Below are positions 47,634 through 56,535 of a DNA stretch of 58,238 nucleotides, piece by piece. The notes under the pieces are model-generated. The model was not told where the DNA came from. It worked only from the letters and a program-made list of their open reading frames with translations, and searched no databases. Source of the DNA: Candidatus Saccharibacteria bacterium RIFCSPHIGHO2_12_FULL_47_16b (GTDB lineage: Bacteria > Patescibacteriota > Saccharimonadia > Saccharimonadales > UBA10212). The translations under genes and the position numbers were made by a program. The stretch is from contig MGCU01000019.1 of NCBI GenBank assembly GCA_001790525.1, positions 1 to 58,238 on the forward strand, in the 5' to 3' direction. Position 1 is the stretch's first letter. Each line of letters begins with the position of its first letter.

Positions 47634-48341
47634 ATGTTAGTTATCGGTCACCGCGGCGCCCGCGGTCTTTTTATCGAAAACAGCTTAGATTTGTTCAGAG
47701 CAGCTCTGGAGTCAGGCGCAGACATAATTGAATTCGACATTCAGGCCACCAATGATGATCATTTAATAGTCTGCCATAGTATGGGTTCTCCAAAGAAAGT
47801 TTTTGGAATCACTCGACCGATTGATGATTTATCATGGAGAGAATTACAAAAATATAAAAACAAAGACGGCGAGCAAATACCTATTTTTGATGAAGTTATG
47901 GATGTAATTGGCAAAAAACAGGTGATGGTCGATATAAAAAATCTCGGCGCAGCTAACATATTTGTCGAAGCCCTAAAAAACAAAGGCTATAAAAATGTTT
48001 GGCTGGTAAATTCATTACTGCCTGAAGCTCTGGCAATAGTTAAAAAAAGTTATCCGAATCTCAATTTGTCTCTTCAAGCGTACAAACGTCCATTTAAAAC
48101 GATTCGGCTGGCTAAAAAGATGGGGCTATCCCACATCGGCTTAGTTTTATATTTACTTAACCCTCTAACGTACTGGGTAGCTAGAAGACTGGGTTTACAA
48201 ATTTTGGTTTATCAAAATTATGCTTCGTTTCTACTAACTTGGCCTTGGTTTGTTAGGATTTTAATTTTCTTATATCCCAACATCGATGTAATTACTGACC
48301 GTCCGGATAAACTAGCTCTGCTAAGCGAGAAGTCTCAATAA
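47634..48341 (+). CDS. glycerophosphodiester phosphodiesterase family protein
   Basis: IGHRGA, ENS, IEFDIQ.T.D..LIVCH, ITDRP. Confidence 0.9.
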   Translation: MLVIGHRGARGLFIENSLDLFRAALESGADIIEFDIQATNDDHLIVCHSMGSPKKVFGITRPIDDLSWRELQKYKNKDGEQIPIFDEVMDVIGKKQVMVDIKNLGAANIFVEALKNKGYKNVWLVNSLLPEALAIVKKSYPNLNLSLQAYKRPFKTIRLAKKMGLSHIGLVLYLLNPLTYWVARRLGLQILVYQNYASFLLTWPWFVRILIFLYPNIDVITDRPDKLALLSEKSQ

Positions 48342-49312
48342 AGCGTTGGGTGGCCGACGACTTCCGGCATTGGGCCGCGCTTCATCGCGTCTAAATACTC
48401 CCGAATCATCAGCGCCGCCGTGGCGCCCTCGCCGCTAGCACTGGCAATTTGCAAGGTCGCGCCGGAGCGGACATCGCCGGCTGCGAACACGCCGCGTATC
48501 TTGGTCATCAAATGCTGATCCGTCTTAATAAAGCCTCGCTCGTCAAGTTCGATATCGGTGTCTTTAAGAAAGTCTGTGTTAGGTTTCAACCCCACAAAAA
48601 CAAATACCCCGTCAGTCGGAAACTCAACTTTTTGACCGGTTTTGCTATCCGCCCCAATTACTTTGGTAACTTTGCCGTCCTCGCCAACAATTTCATCGGT
48701 GGTGACGCCTAAATGAATAGTAATTTTATCCTTGTGTTTTTCCAGCTCTTTGATAAGGACATCACTGGCTTTGAGCGTACTACGCACCAACATATCGATG
48801 TGACTGGCGAACCGCATTAAAAACAGAGATTCCTGGGCGGCCGAATTACCGCCGCCAACTACCACCAGTTTTTTGTCCCGATAAAAAGCACCGTCGCAGG
48901 TAGCACAATAGTGGACGCCGCGAGCATAGTATTCTTGCTCGCCCGGCACATTAACTTTTTTATAATCACTACCGGTTGTAATTAAAACCGTCTTGGCGTA
49001 AATGTTGCCACTGGTGGTGGCTAATTTCTTAAGCTCGCCTTCATCATGGATGGATAAAACTTCGCCAAGCTCAATCTTGGCACCAAAGCGTTCGGCCTGC
49101 AGACGCATTTGATCGGCCAGTTCCAGCCCAGCCACGCCTTTGGCGAAGCCAGGGTAGTTATCAACCCACTCGGTGACGGCCGCCAGCCCGCCAATGGCGC
49201 CTTTCTCAAATAATACTGTATCAATGTCCTCACGTGATGTATAAAGCGCTGCCGAGAGGGCAGCTGGTCCAGCGCCGATTATAACTAAATCATGAACTAC
49301 TTTATTTACCAT
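48335..49312 (-). CDS. trxB: thioredoxin reductase
   Basis: IIGAGPA, NYPG, CATCDG, VVGGGNSA, VFAAGDV. Confidence 0.95.
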   Translation of the reverse strand: MVNKVVHDLVIIGAGPAALSAALYTSREDIDTVLFEKGAIGGLAAVTEWVDNYPGFAKGVAGLELADQMRLQAERFGAKIELGEVLSIHDEGELKKLATTSGNIYAKTVLITTGSDYKKVNVPGEQEYYARGVHYCATCDGAFYRDKKLVVVGGGNSAAQESLFLMRFASHIDMLVRSTLKASDVLIKELEKHKDKITIHLGVTTDEIVGEDGKVTKVIGADSKTGQKVEFPTDGVFVFVGLKPNTDFLKDTDIELDERGFIKTDQHLMTKIRGVFAAGDVRSGATLQIASASGEGATAALMIREYLDAMKRGPMPEVVGHPTLY

Positions 49313-49412
49313 TAAGCATTTCCCAATTCACAATTATTTATCATTGTACATTTACCAAGACAGTTTTTGAAAATGCCAAATGAAAAATAATTAGGCAAAT
49401 GAAAAATTTTTT

Positions 49413-49661
49413 CTAGGTTACCGCTGGAGCAAGTTGGGTTAGATTGTAACCAACTACAACCTGCTGGCTGTCATCCTGTTGAGTCACTACTGTAATTGGC
49501 ACGGTCAATGAACCACTAATTTGCAATGCCTCGGCTTGACGTTCAGGGTGCTGCTCCAAATTGACGATTTCATATTTGAGCGACTTGGAGTCTAAATAAC
49601 GCTCCACCATGCCACAGTAAGAGCAGGTGTTAGTAGTATAGATAATGATTTTTTTGGGCAT
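49413..49661 (-). CDS. glutaredoxin/NrdH-like protein
   Basis: IYTTNTCSYC, TVP, VVGY; upstream of trxB. Confidence 0.9.
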   Translation of the reverse strand: MPKKIIIYTTNTCSYCGMVERYLDSKSLKYEIVNLEQHPERQAEALQISGSLTVPITVVTQQDDSQQVVVGYNLTQLAPAVT

Positions 49662-49775
49662 TGCTTATTTCCTTTTTTGTTAACTTTGCTTAGTCTGCCC
49701 ATTGATATTAAATGGTGGCTGGCTAAAATGCAATAGCCCTATATATTGTGGTTTTTGCACCAGAATTCCACAATT

Positions 49776-50312
49776 TTAATTACTGACGTTAAGTAGCGAA
49801 ACCGTAAAAACTAAATCAGAATTCGGTGGTATTCCAGTAGTCCCCTGCTCGCCATAGCCGAGGTCTGAAGGAATCAATATTTGGCGCGTACCGCCAACCT
49901 TCATACCGATAATGCCTTGCCGAAAACCAGGTATGACTTCATTCAGATTAAATGCAGCTGGCTGGTCTGTGTCTAGGGAAGTGTCAAAAATGATTCCGTT
50001 GCTAGCTAAAGCGCCAATATATTGAACTATAACGTTTGAATTCTCCGCCGCGGTTTGGCCATCACCGACGGTTTTATCCGTGGCTTGTAGTTCGCTGACA
50101 TCGCCGACAGGCGTAAATTCCGGCATTGTTGTGCCTTTGAGTTTGGGGGTTTGATTAGTCTTCGAATTATTGTCCTTGGGATTAGTGGCTTGAAAAAAAC
50201 CAATTACACCAACGCCAAGTCCGGTCACAAGGAACGTCACGGCTATGAATATCCAACCGGCACGTTTAAAAAAACTTTTGGTTAATCTTATTCGAAAATT
50301 CGGTAGCATCAT
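49776..50312 (-). CDS. membrane-anchored FKBP-type peptidyl-prolyl isomerase
   Basis: VQYIG, FDTS, VIPGF..GI.GMKVGG.R..LIPSDLGYG, IPPNSDLVF. Confidence 0.93.
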   Translation of the reverse strand: MMLPNFRIRLTKSFFKRAGWIFIAVTFLVTGLGVGVIGFFQATNPKDNNSKTNQTPKLKGTTMPEFTPVGDVSELQATDKTVGDGQTAAENSNVIVQYIGALASNGIIFDTSLDTDQPAAFNLNEVIPGFRQGIIGMKVGGTRQILIPSDLGYGEQGTTGIPPNSDLVFTVSLLNVSN

Positions 50313-50316
50313 TTTG

Positions 50317-52809
50317 CTAAACTCGCTCCGCCTTCAATTTATTTTTGGCAGCTTTGGCAATTATATCAAGTAGTTTGTTGGCTTCCTCGGTAGTTAATGT
50401 CCGGTCCGGATGCCAGAGTGTTATTCGCCAAGTCGTCTGTCTAAGATTTTTATCGGCTGGTTTTTGGAATATATCCAAGGCGGCAATATCGTAATTTATG
50501 CCGTGGAGACCGGCCAATTTATCAAGCTGCTGGCGCATAAAATCTTCCAGTTCGGCATAGCTATACTTGGTCGCCGAGCGCAAACAGAAATCCTGCTCAA
50601 GGCTGGGAAAACGATTAAGCGGTTGATAAATATTGGCCGAAGCATTGGTCAGCAATTCCTCAACGTGCAGATCAAAGCCGGCACAAAACTGTGGCAATTT
50701 AAATTCTGCATTCACCTGAGGCTTAAATTCGCCCACCCATCCAGCCATATGACCGCTAATTTTTAGATGAGCTGAGCGGCTTGGTTCGTAATAAGTGGCC
50801 CTGGTTGGTTTGTAAGCCGCTGCAACCGGTTCATATACGAAACTATCAATACCCAGCTCTTTCAATAAATAATCGCAAAACTTTTTAGCCTCAAAAAAGG
50901 ACGAACCACTACTATTTTTATTGGCTACGACTAAGGCGATTCGCTCTAGCTCTTTTGGCAAACCTTCTTTGTCGAGTTCGCCTTTGAAGTAGCATTTGCC
51001 GATCTCAAACAAAGCAAAATTGTCATAACCGGCTTTTATGTTGGGGTGGACTTTTTCGATTAAGTTCAGCCCTAGAGTTTGGCGATAGTATTGGAGCTGG
51101 GGGCTTAAAGCGTTGCGAATGTGGTAGGAATTTTTTGGGTCTTGGCCAACTTTTTCCAATAAAGAACTGGGCACGAAACTATAACTAAGAACTTCATTAG
51201 CGCCGGCAGTCGATAATATTTGCCGAATTTGTTGTTTGAGCTCAAGTTTGGTATTGCTGTCCGGTGACGAAAGACTGCGTTCTGGCAAATCGAGTTTTAA
51301 ATGGTCATAGCCATACAGCCGACCGACTTCCTCAACAATATCTTCGGCGATAGCAATGTCCGTCCGCCAAAATGGTACTTTGATGCTTAGGTTGCCATCA
51401 GATATACCCACACTAAATTCAACATTTTCTAAAATGCTTTTGATAGTAACTGGGCTTAGTTCAAGGCCGAGCCGTGAATTCACAAATTCACTGTTCACGT
51501 GGATTACTCGTTCATCATAATCGGAAACTTTTTTGTCTATAATTTGACTGGCCTGTCGGCCGCCGGCTAGCTTTTTAATTTCATCAATCGCTTTTATCAG
51601 CACGGCCAAGTTTTGCTTGGAGCTCTGGTTTTTGGTAAAGCGGCTGGCAGCTTCGGTAAAAAGTCCGTGCCTCATGGCCGTTTTGCGCACACTGTTCATA
51701 TCAAAATTAGCCACTTCAAGAACAATCTTAGTTGTATTATTACTAACTTCCGTGTCTGCCCCGCCCATTACTCCGCCTAGGCCAACTACTCTATCACCAG
51801 AGGTAATAACAATGTCTTCCTTAGCCAGTTTTATTTTTTTACCACCTAGAACCGTCAGTTCTTCGCCAGTTTTGGCTAACCTTGCCCCTAAATTACCGTT
51901 CGTCAATTTGTCATAATCGTAAGCGTGTAATGGTTGGGCGGTTTCCATCATTAAAAAATTAGTGATGTCAACAATGTTATTGATGGATTTAATGCCAACG
52001 GCAGCTAAACGGGTTCTAAGCCATAGCGGACTCTCGCCGATTTTGACATCTTTGATAACTACACCACAAAACCGCGGTACCAGTTTTGGGCTCTGATTGG
52101 TAATTGAGAGTTTAAGAATTGCTCGGCCATTTGGCTTAGATAAAGTCGGGTTTTCCTTGTACCAAGCCGGGCTTTTAAAAACGTGGTTCTGGATACCGGC
52201 TAGTTCACGAGCAATGCCCAGTTGACCGAATAAATCGGGACGATGGGTGAACATCTTGTTCTCAATATCAATGATGTAATCATCCAGCCCAAAAACTTTG
52301 GCAAAAGCCTGACCCGGTTTGGCAGATTCATCAATCACAAGTATGCCGCTATGGTCGTCGCCAAGACCAAGTTCTTTAGCACTGGCTATCATGCCATGGC
52401 TAACCACGCCTCGTAATTCCTTCGCTTCCAAAATGAATGGATCTTTGTCATAGGTGCTGGGAACAGTTGCGCCCGGCGGCATCCAAGCTACCAGTTGTCC
52501 AGCTATCACATTTTTCGCGCCATGAACAACTTGGACCAAGCCTTGCTTATCACGTTTTACAGTTTTGATTTTTTGACCATCATCAATTAAGGCGATATTG
52601 AGTTTGTCGGCGTTGGGATGTTTTAAGCACGACTCTACTTTGGCTACGACAATGCCCTCATATTTTTTGCCAAGGTCGATAACTTCTTCGACGGCACCAA
52701 GTTGGGCGCCGATTTTTTCAACCAATGTGTCTATACCGATTTTAGTCGGGTCGGCCGAGCATTGGTCGCGCTCGATAATTGATTTAATCCAGTTAAGGCT
52801 AATCTTCAC
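50317..52809 (-). CDS. pheT: phenylalanine--tRNA ligase beta subunit
   Basis: MKISLNW, HPNADKL, HRPDL, QPLHAYD, RTDI...DIVEEVGRLYGY, FDX-ACB. Confidence 0.96.
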   Translation of the reverse strand: MKISLNWIKSIIERDQCSADPTKIGIDTLVEKIGAQLGAVEEVIDLGKKYEGIVVAKVESCLKHPNADKLNIALIDDGQKIKTVKRDKQGLVQVVHGAKNVIAGQLVAWMPPGATVPSTYDKDPFILEAKELRGVVSHGMIASAKELGLGDDHSGILVIDESAKPGQAFAKVFGLDDYIIDIENKMFTHRPDLFGQLGIARELAGIQNHVFKSPAWYKENPTLSKPNGRAILKLSITNQSPKLVPRFCGVVIKDVKIGESPLWLRTRLAAVGIKSINNIVDITNFLMMETAQPLHAYDYDKLTNGNLGARLAKTGEELTVLGGKKIKLAKEDIVITSGDRVVGLGGVMGGADTEVSNNTTKIVLEVANFDMNSVRKTAMRHGLFTEAASRFTKNQSSKQNLAVLIKAIDEIKKLAGGRQASQIIDKKVSDYDERVIHVNSEFVNSRLGLELSPVTIKSILENVEFSVGISDGNLSIKVPFWRTDIAIAEDIVEEVGRLYGYDHLKLDLPERSLSSPDSNTKLELKQQIRQILSTAGANEVLSYSFVPSSLLEKVGQDPKNSYHIRNALSPQLQYYRQTLGLNLIEKVHPNIKAGYDNFALFEIGKCYFKGELDKEGLPKELERIALVVANKNSSGSSFFEAKKFCDYLLKELGIDSFVYEPVAAAYKPTRATYYEPSRSAHLKISGHMAGWVGEFKPQVNAEFKLPQFCAGFDLHVEELLTNASANIYQPLNRFPSLEQDFCLRSATKYSYAELEDFMRQQLDKLAGLHGINYDIAALDIFQKPADKNLRQTTWRITLWHPDRTLTTEEANKLLDIIAKAAKNKLKAERV

Positions 52810-53008
52810 TGCTGATTCCTTTTGGCTGATGCTCTACCGAATGACGCATAAGTTCAACGCTGCAGGCATTATGTTCGCTACAATAAGCCTCACAGTCTTT
52901 GGCTAGCCGCTGTGTGTAATAATGCAGACCGCAAATCGGACAACGATAAACTTTCGGCTTCTTCCCGCTTCCAGTTTCCTGCTTCTTGCTTCTTGCTTCT
53001 TTCCTCAT
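52799..53008 (-). CDS. small Cys/His metal-binding hypothetical protein
   Basis: CPICGLHY...CEAYC..H..CS; GGAG SD; overlaps pheT start. Confidence 0.7.
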   Translation of the reverse strand: MRKEARSKKQETGSGKKPKVYRCPICGLHYYTQRLAKDCEAYCSEHNACSVELMRHSVEHQPKGISSED

Positions 53009-53019
53009 TTTTTATCTCC

Positions 53020-53144
53020 TAGGACGTTCGTATATGAGTGCAGAACGAGGAAAAACCGAGCATCGCAAACGAGGCGTACGGGAATGTACGTTGAGTGCGA
53101 AGCGGAGATTTTGACAAAGTTATGCGCCATATACGTACGTCCTA
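53020..53144 (+). repeat. long palindromic element, family A
   Basis: TAGGACGTTCGTATATG/CATATACGTACGTCCTA arms (1 mismatch); core GAGGCGTAC-6-GTACGTTGAGTG. Confidence 0.88.
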
Positions 53145-54182
53145 TGTGAATTGCCTCAAGAATTTTAAATTACCGGAGTGGAAGTGACGGATGTCTTCGA
53201 TACCATATTTCAACATCACTAGGCGATCAATACCGAAACCCCAAGCAAAACCGCTATATTTTACGGCGTCGATGCCGGCTTCTTTTAGGACATTCGGATG
53301 GATCATGCCGCAACCGCCTAATTCTATCCAGCCGGAGTGTTTGCAGACCGAACAGCCTTTTTTATCACAAAAAGGGCAGCTGGCAGCAAATTCGAAGCTT
53401 GGTTCGGTAAATGGAAAATAGAAAGGTTGGATTTTAATCTCAATTTCGCGACCGTAATAATTTGATAGCCAGGCTTTGATAGTGGCAGCCAAGTTGCCGG
53501 CGTGTATGCCCTTAGCAACATAAACGCCTTCTAATTGATAGAAGGTATGCTCGTGGCTGGCATCAACATCCTCGTTACGGAAGGTGCGGCCCGGAATAAC
53601 AACTGCGATCGGCTGGCCTTGGTCTAGTTGTTTTTTGCCGGCCTTAAGCACTCGGTTTTGCATAGTCGAAGTATGGGCCGGCGCCACCAGTTCTTCATCG
53701 GTTACAAAGGTGTCATAATCATCACGGGCCGGATGTCCGGGCGGAAAATTGAGTGAACCGAACATATGCCAATCATCGTCCAGCTCGCGCGACTCCACGG
53801 CTGTAAAACCCATCCGAGCGAAAATATCTAATATTAATTCAAGTTCCGTCATTAATGGATGACGGCTGCCATTTTCGGCCGGCAGTAATTTTGGCCGATC
53901 TTCGGCTGACAGATTGGTATCAAACGGAGCCGTAACATCTATAGGGGTTAGGGTCGAGGGTTTAGGGAATAGGGATTCTCGGACAAGCTTTTCGAGTTCG
54001 GCCTTAAGCAAATTGACTTCTTTGCCAAAAGTAGCCCGTTTGCCGACCGGCAGTGTCTTAATCCGCTCAATTAAAGCCAATAGTTCAGGAGCCCGCAGAA
54101 CTGCTTTTTTGTCTTGAGTTTGCTTAAGTCTGGCTTTTAACTGCTTGGCAACGTTAGCAATTTCCGGATGTCTGTACTCCAT
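53142..54182 (-). CDS. pheS: phenylalanine--tRNA ligase alpha subunit
   Basis: HPARD, HTSTMQ, PGRTFRNE, HTFYQLEG, YFPFTEPS, GCGMIHPNVL, GFAWGFGIDR. Confidence 0.97.
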   Translation of the reverse strand: MEYRHPEIANVAKQLKARLKQTQDKKAVLRAPELLALIERIKTLPVGKRATFGKEVNLLKAELEKLVRESLFPKPSTLTPIDVTAPFDTNLSAEDRPKLLPAENGSRHPLMTELELILDIFARMGFTAVESRELDDDWHMFGSLNFPPGHPARDDYDTFVTDEELVAPAHTSTMQNRVLKAGKKQLDQGQPIAVVIPGRTFRNEDVDASHEHTFYQLEGVYVAKGIHAGNLAATIKAWLSNYYGREIEIKIQPFYFPFTEPSFEFAASCPFCDKKGCSVCKHSGWIELGGCGMIHPNVLKEAGIDAVKYSGFAWGFGIDRLVMLKYGIEDIRHFHSGNLKFLRQFT

Positions 54183-54223
54183 TGTCAATCAGTATAACAG
54201 TTTGAAAGCAGGTTAAGGAACGG

Positions 54224-55285
54224 TTAGTCTTCGTCCAAGTTAGGACGATCCAGCAGCTGCGGCTCGACGGTCGGATTGGTGCCGGCGATTTTGACAACGT
54301 CCTTGTCGATCTTGCCAAGCTCCTTGTAGGTCGTATTAAAGTGGCCTACGGTTGTGCCAAGCGAGCCGCCTAGTTTCTGCATATAACCGTGGTGTGCGAC
54401 CAGATGCTTGCCAAGTTGCTCGATATTTTTACGAATTACTTCAGTATCTTGATTGATCTGGATTGAGCGCAGGCCTTGGATTATTATCTGCAGATTAGCA
54501 GCTAGCGTACTAGGACCAACTATCGTAACTTTCTTTTCAGCAGCTGCATATTGCATTAGGTCGCGACCACTTACCCCGCTAGTGCCAACTTTGTTAGCCA
54601 AGAGATCATAATAAATGCCTTCGCTCGGAATATACATCATGGCCAGATCTAACGTACCTTTATTAGGCCGGATATACTTGGCGGTTTCGTCGATCCGACG
54701 CTTGAGATCTTCTTTGAAGGCACGTTCAAGGGCTGATCGCTCTTCGGCCTTAGCCTCGATCAGGCGATTGTAATTCTCCAAGCTGAATTTGCTATCGATG
54801 GGAATCAGTTTATCGCCAAGTTTAATCACTGCATCAACTGTTAAGCCTTCGCCCAGCTTGTATTGCAGTTCATAAGTCCCCGGCGGCAGCATATTTTTGA
54901 GAGCTTGCTCCAAGTAAAACTCACCAAGTACGCCGCGCTGTTTGGGATTTTGCAGAACGTTCTGCAGCGACTTTAATTCTCCGGCGATATCGCCGACATT
55001 CTTGTTGGTTCTCTCAAGATGTGTTAACTGTTTAGTAACTTCTTTGACTGTTCGCATGCTTTCGGAATGTTGGGCTGCCATTTGCTTGTTGCTGGTACCC
55101 AGCTGTTCGCTCAACTGTTTCTGTAAATCGTCTTTAAGCTGGCCCATCGACTTGGTCAGTTCGATCATGTCGGTTTTTAGCAACATTGCCGTGCCTTCAT
55201 CAACTTTCGGTCGGCGATTTTGCCACAGGATAAAACCAGCCAAGGCCAAACAGATTATACCTAAAACAATCACTGCCACTAACAT
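54224..55285 (-). CDS. rmuC: DNA recombination protein RmuC
   Basis: N-terminal TM, coiled coil, NPKQRGVLGE, IDSKF, KYI, MYIPSEGIY. Confidence 0.92.
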   Translation of the reverse strand: MLVAVIVLGIICLALAGFILWQNRRPKVDEGTAMLLKTDMIELTKSMGQLKDDLQKQLSEQLGTSNKQMAAQHSESMRTVKEVTKQLTHLERTNKNVGDIAGELKSLQNVLQNPKQRGVLGEFYLEQALKNMLPPGTYELQYKLGEGLTVDAVIKLGDKLIPIDSKFSLENYNRLIEAKAEERSALERAFKEDLKRRIDETAKYIRPNKGTLDLAMMYIPSEGIYYDLLANKVGTSGVSGRDLMQYAAAEKKVTIVGPSTLAANLQIIIQGLRSIQINQDTEVIRKNIEQLGKHLVAHHGYMQKLGGSLGTTVGHFNTTYKELGKIDKDVVKIAGTNPTVEPQLLDRPNLDED

Positions 55286-55312
55286 ACTTATATTGTACCG
55301 CGCAGGAGGAGG

Positions 55313-55561
55313 TTAATCTCTATCTTGGATTTTTATGACGCAAATAGTAATGGCCAGTAAGCCAATAGTTATATTTGTCAGATAAATCGCTGGCTTCTCA
55401 ATACCGAAGCCGTAAATCGACCACAGCGTCGCGCTGCCGATTAGTATCAGATAAGTCGGCAGTGATATGTCCCTGGTTTTACGGGTTCTTATGGCTTGGT
55501 AGACCTGCGGCAAAAAAGCACTAACCGTAAACAGCGATGCCACATATCCCAAAGTTTCCAT
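55313..55561 (-). CDS. SemiSWEET/MtN3 (PQ-loop) transporter
   Basis: AFLPQV...RTRKTRDIS, LWSIYG, 3 TM. Confidence 0.9.
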   Translation of the reverse strand: METLGYVASLFTVSAFLPQVYQAIRTRKTRDISLPTYLILIGSATLWSIYGFGIEKPAIYLTNITIGLLAITICVIKIQDRD

Positions 55562-55580
55562 TTGTATGACTATAACATTT

Positions 55581-56306
55581 TTAAGCCAGACGGGTGATGA
55601 GGAACATGAGAACAGTTCCCAAGACCGTCAAGAGAATTGTCCAGCGCGAAGATCCTTGACTGTGAGCTTGCGGCAAAATATCAGCCGCACCAATGTAGAG
55701 TAAAAAGCCGGCAAAGAAGCCAAGGTAGATACCAAGGATGCTTTCTGACAATGAAAATAACAAAGAAGTTAGACCGCCAATGATGGGCATAACTGCGGCA
55801 ATCATCAACATCAATTTGGCGCGGCTAGGTCTGTTTTGGTGATAAAGCATGACATTAGTGGTATTAAAGCCATCCGCAAAACGGTGGCCGATAACGGCAA
55901 TCGCCACGGCTAGCCCAACAGCCGTGCTGACTTGCCAAGCAATACCGATGCTCAAACCATCCAAAAAACTGTGGCCACTTAAAGCGGCGGCTCCAGCCAC
56001 ACCGACATATGGGTGTTGATGCGGGCCGTATTGCGATTCAGTACCATAGTGAATCAGAATAAACTTCTCAATGATATGAAACAGCAAAAAGCCGCTGACT
56101 AGTGAAATCATCGGCCAGATAATATCCAGACTTTGACTGATACTTATATCGAAAATCTCCGGCAGTAAATCAAAAGCTACTAAACCTAGGATCAGACCAG
56201 CCGTAAAGCCTAAGGCTAGACTTAGTTTTTGGCGACTGCGAAAAGCCACATAACCACCAAAAAGTGCAGCCATTGAGGCAGCAGCAGAGAATAAGAAAAC
56301 TTCCAT
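55581..56306 (-). CDS. ZIP family metal transporter
   Basis: DLLPE, His-rich loop, HSFLDGLSIG, HRFADG, DILP; TTGCAA-17-TATGCT-7-ATG favours start 56306. Confidence 0.92.
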   Translation of the reverse strand: MEVFLFSAAASMAALFGGYVAFRSRQKLSLALGFTAGLILGLVAFDLLPEIFDISISQSLDIIWPMISLVSGFLLFHIIEKFILIHYGTESQYGPHQHPYVGVAGAAALSGHSFLDGLSIGIAWQVSTAVGLAVAIAVIGHRFADGFNTTNVMLYHQNRPSRAKLMLMIAAVMPIIGGLTSLLFSLSESILGIYLGFFAGFLLYIGAADILPQAHSQGSSRWTILLTVLGTVLMFLITRLA

Positions 56307-56336
56307 AGATAAAAGCATATGGTTAGCCATAATATT

Positions 56337-56364
56337 TTGCAAATTTGTCGCAATTTGCTATGAT
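56337..56364. promoter_or_regulatory. divergent ZIP/fur promoter region with candidate Fur/Zur operator
   Basis: Self-complementary TTGCAA could serve as -35 for both strands; imperfect dyad TTGCAAATTTGTCGCAA; plus-strand TGcTATGAT. Confidence 0.45.
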
Positions 56365-56370
56365 TTTGCT

Positions 56371-56526
56371 ATGGGCTCATCTTATATCTCAGGTTCGTTA
56401 AGAGAGATTTGTCCTAATGAGACAGAGACAGTCATCAGGCGAGGAGGTGTACTTACTACGTACACTGACGAGCGGCATGACTGGCGTATGTCATTAGGAA
56501 AAATCGAAGCTGAAGCGGAGATATAA
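56371..56526 (+). CDS. putative 51-aa element-encoded uORF
   Basis: Hand-translated MGSSYISGSLREICPNETETVIRRGGVLTTYTDERHDWRMSLGKIEAEAEI*; -10 box 6 nt upstream; stop 1 nt before fur ATG. Confidence 0.4.
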   Translation: MGSSYISGSLREICPNETETVIRRGGVLTTYTDERHDWRMSLGKIEAEAEI

Positions 56527-56535
56527 AATGAGCCC
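56373..56535 (+). repeat. long palindromic element, family A
   Basis: gggctcatcttatatctc/gagatataaaatgagccc arms (1 mismatch); core GAGGAGGTGTAC-7-GTACACTGACGAG. Confidence 0.88.

Noticed and set aside
52922-53149. 75-aa plus-strand ORF
   Set aside because: Composed of heptamer tract and palindromic element, antisense to the pheST run
482-55316. Numerous 60-200 aa ORFs nested in or antisense to housekeeping genes
   Set aside because: Fully overlap well-supported genes and lack motifs or initiation signals
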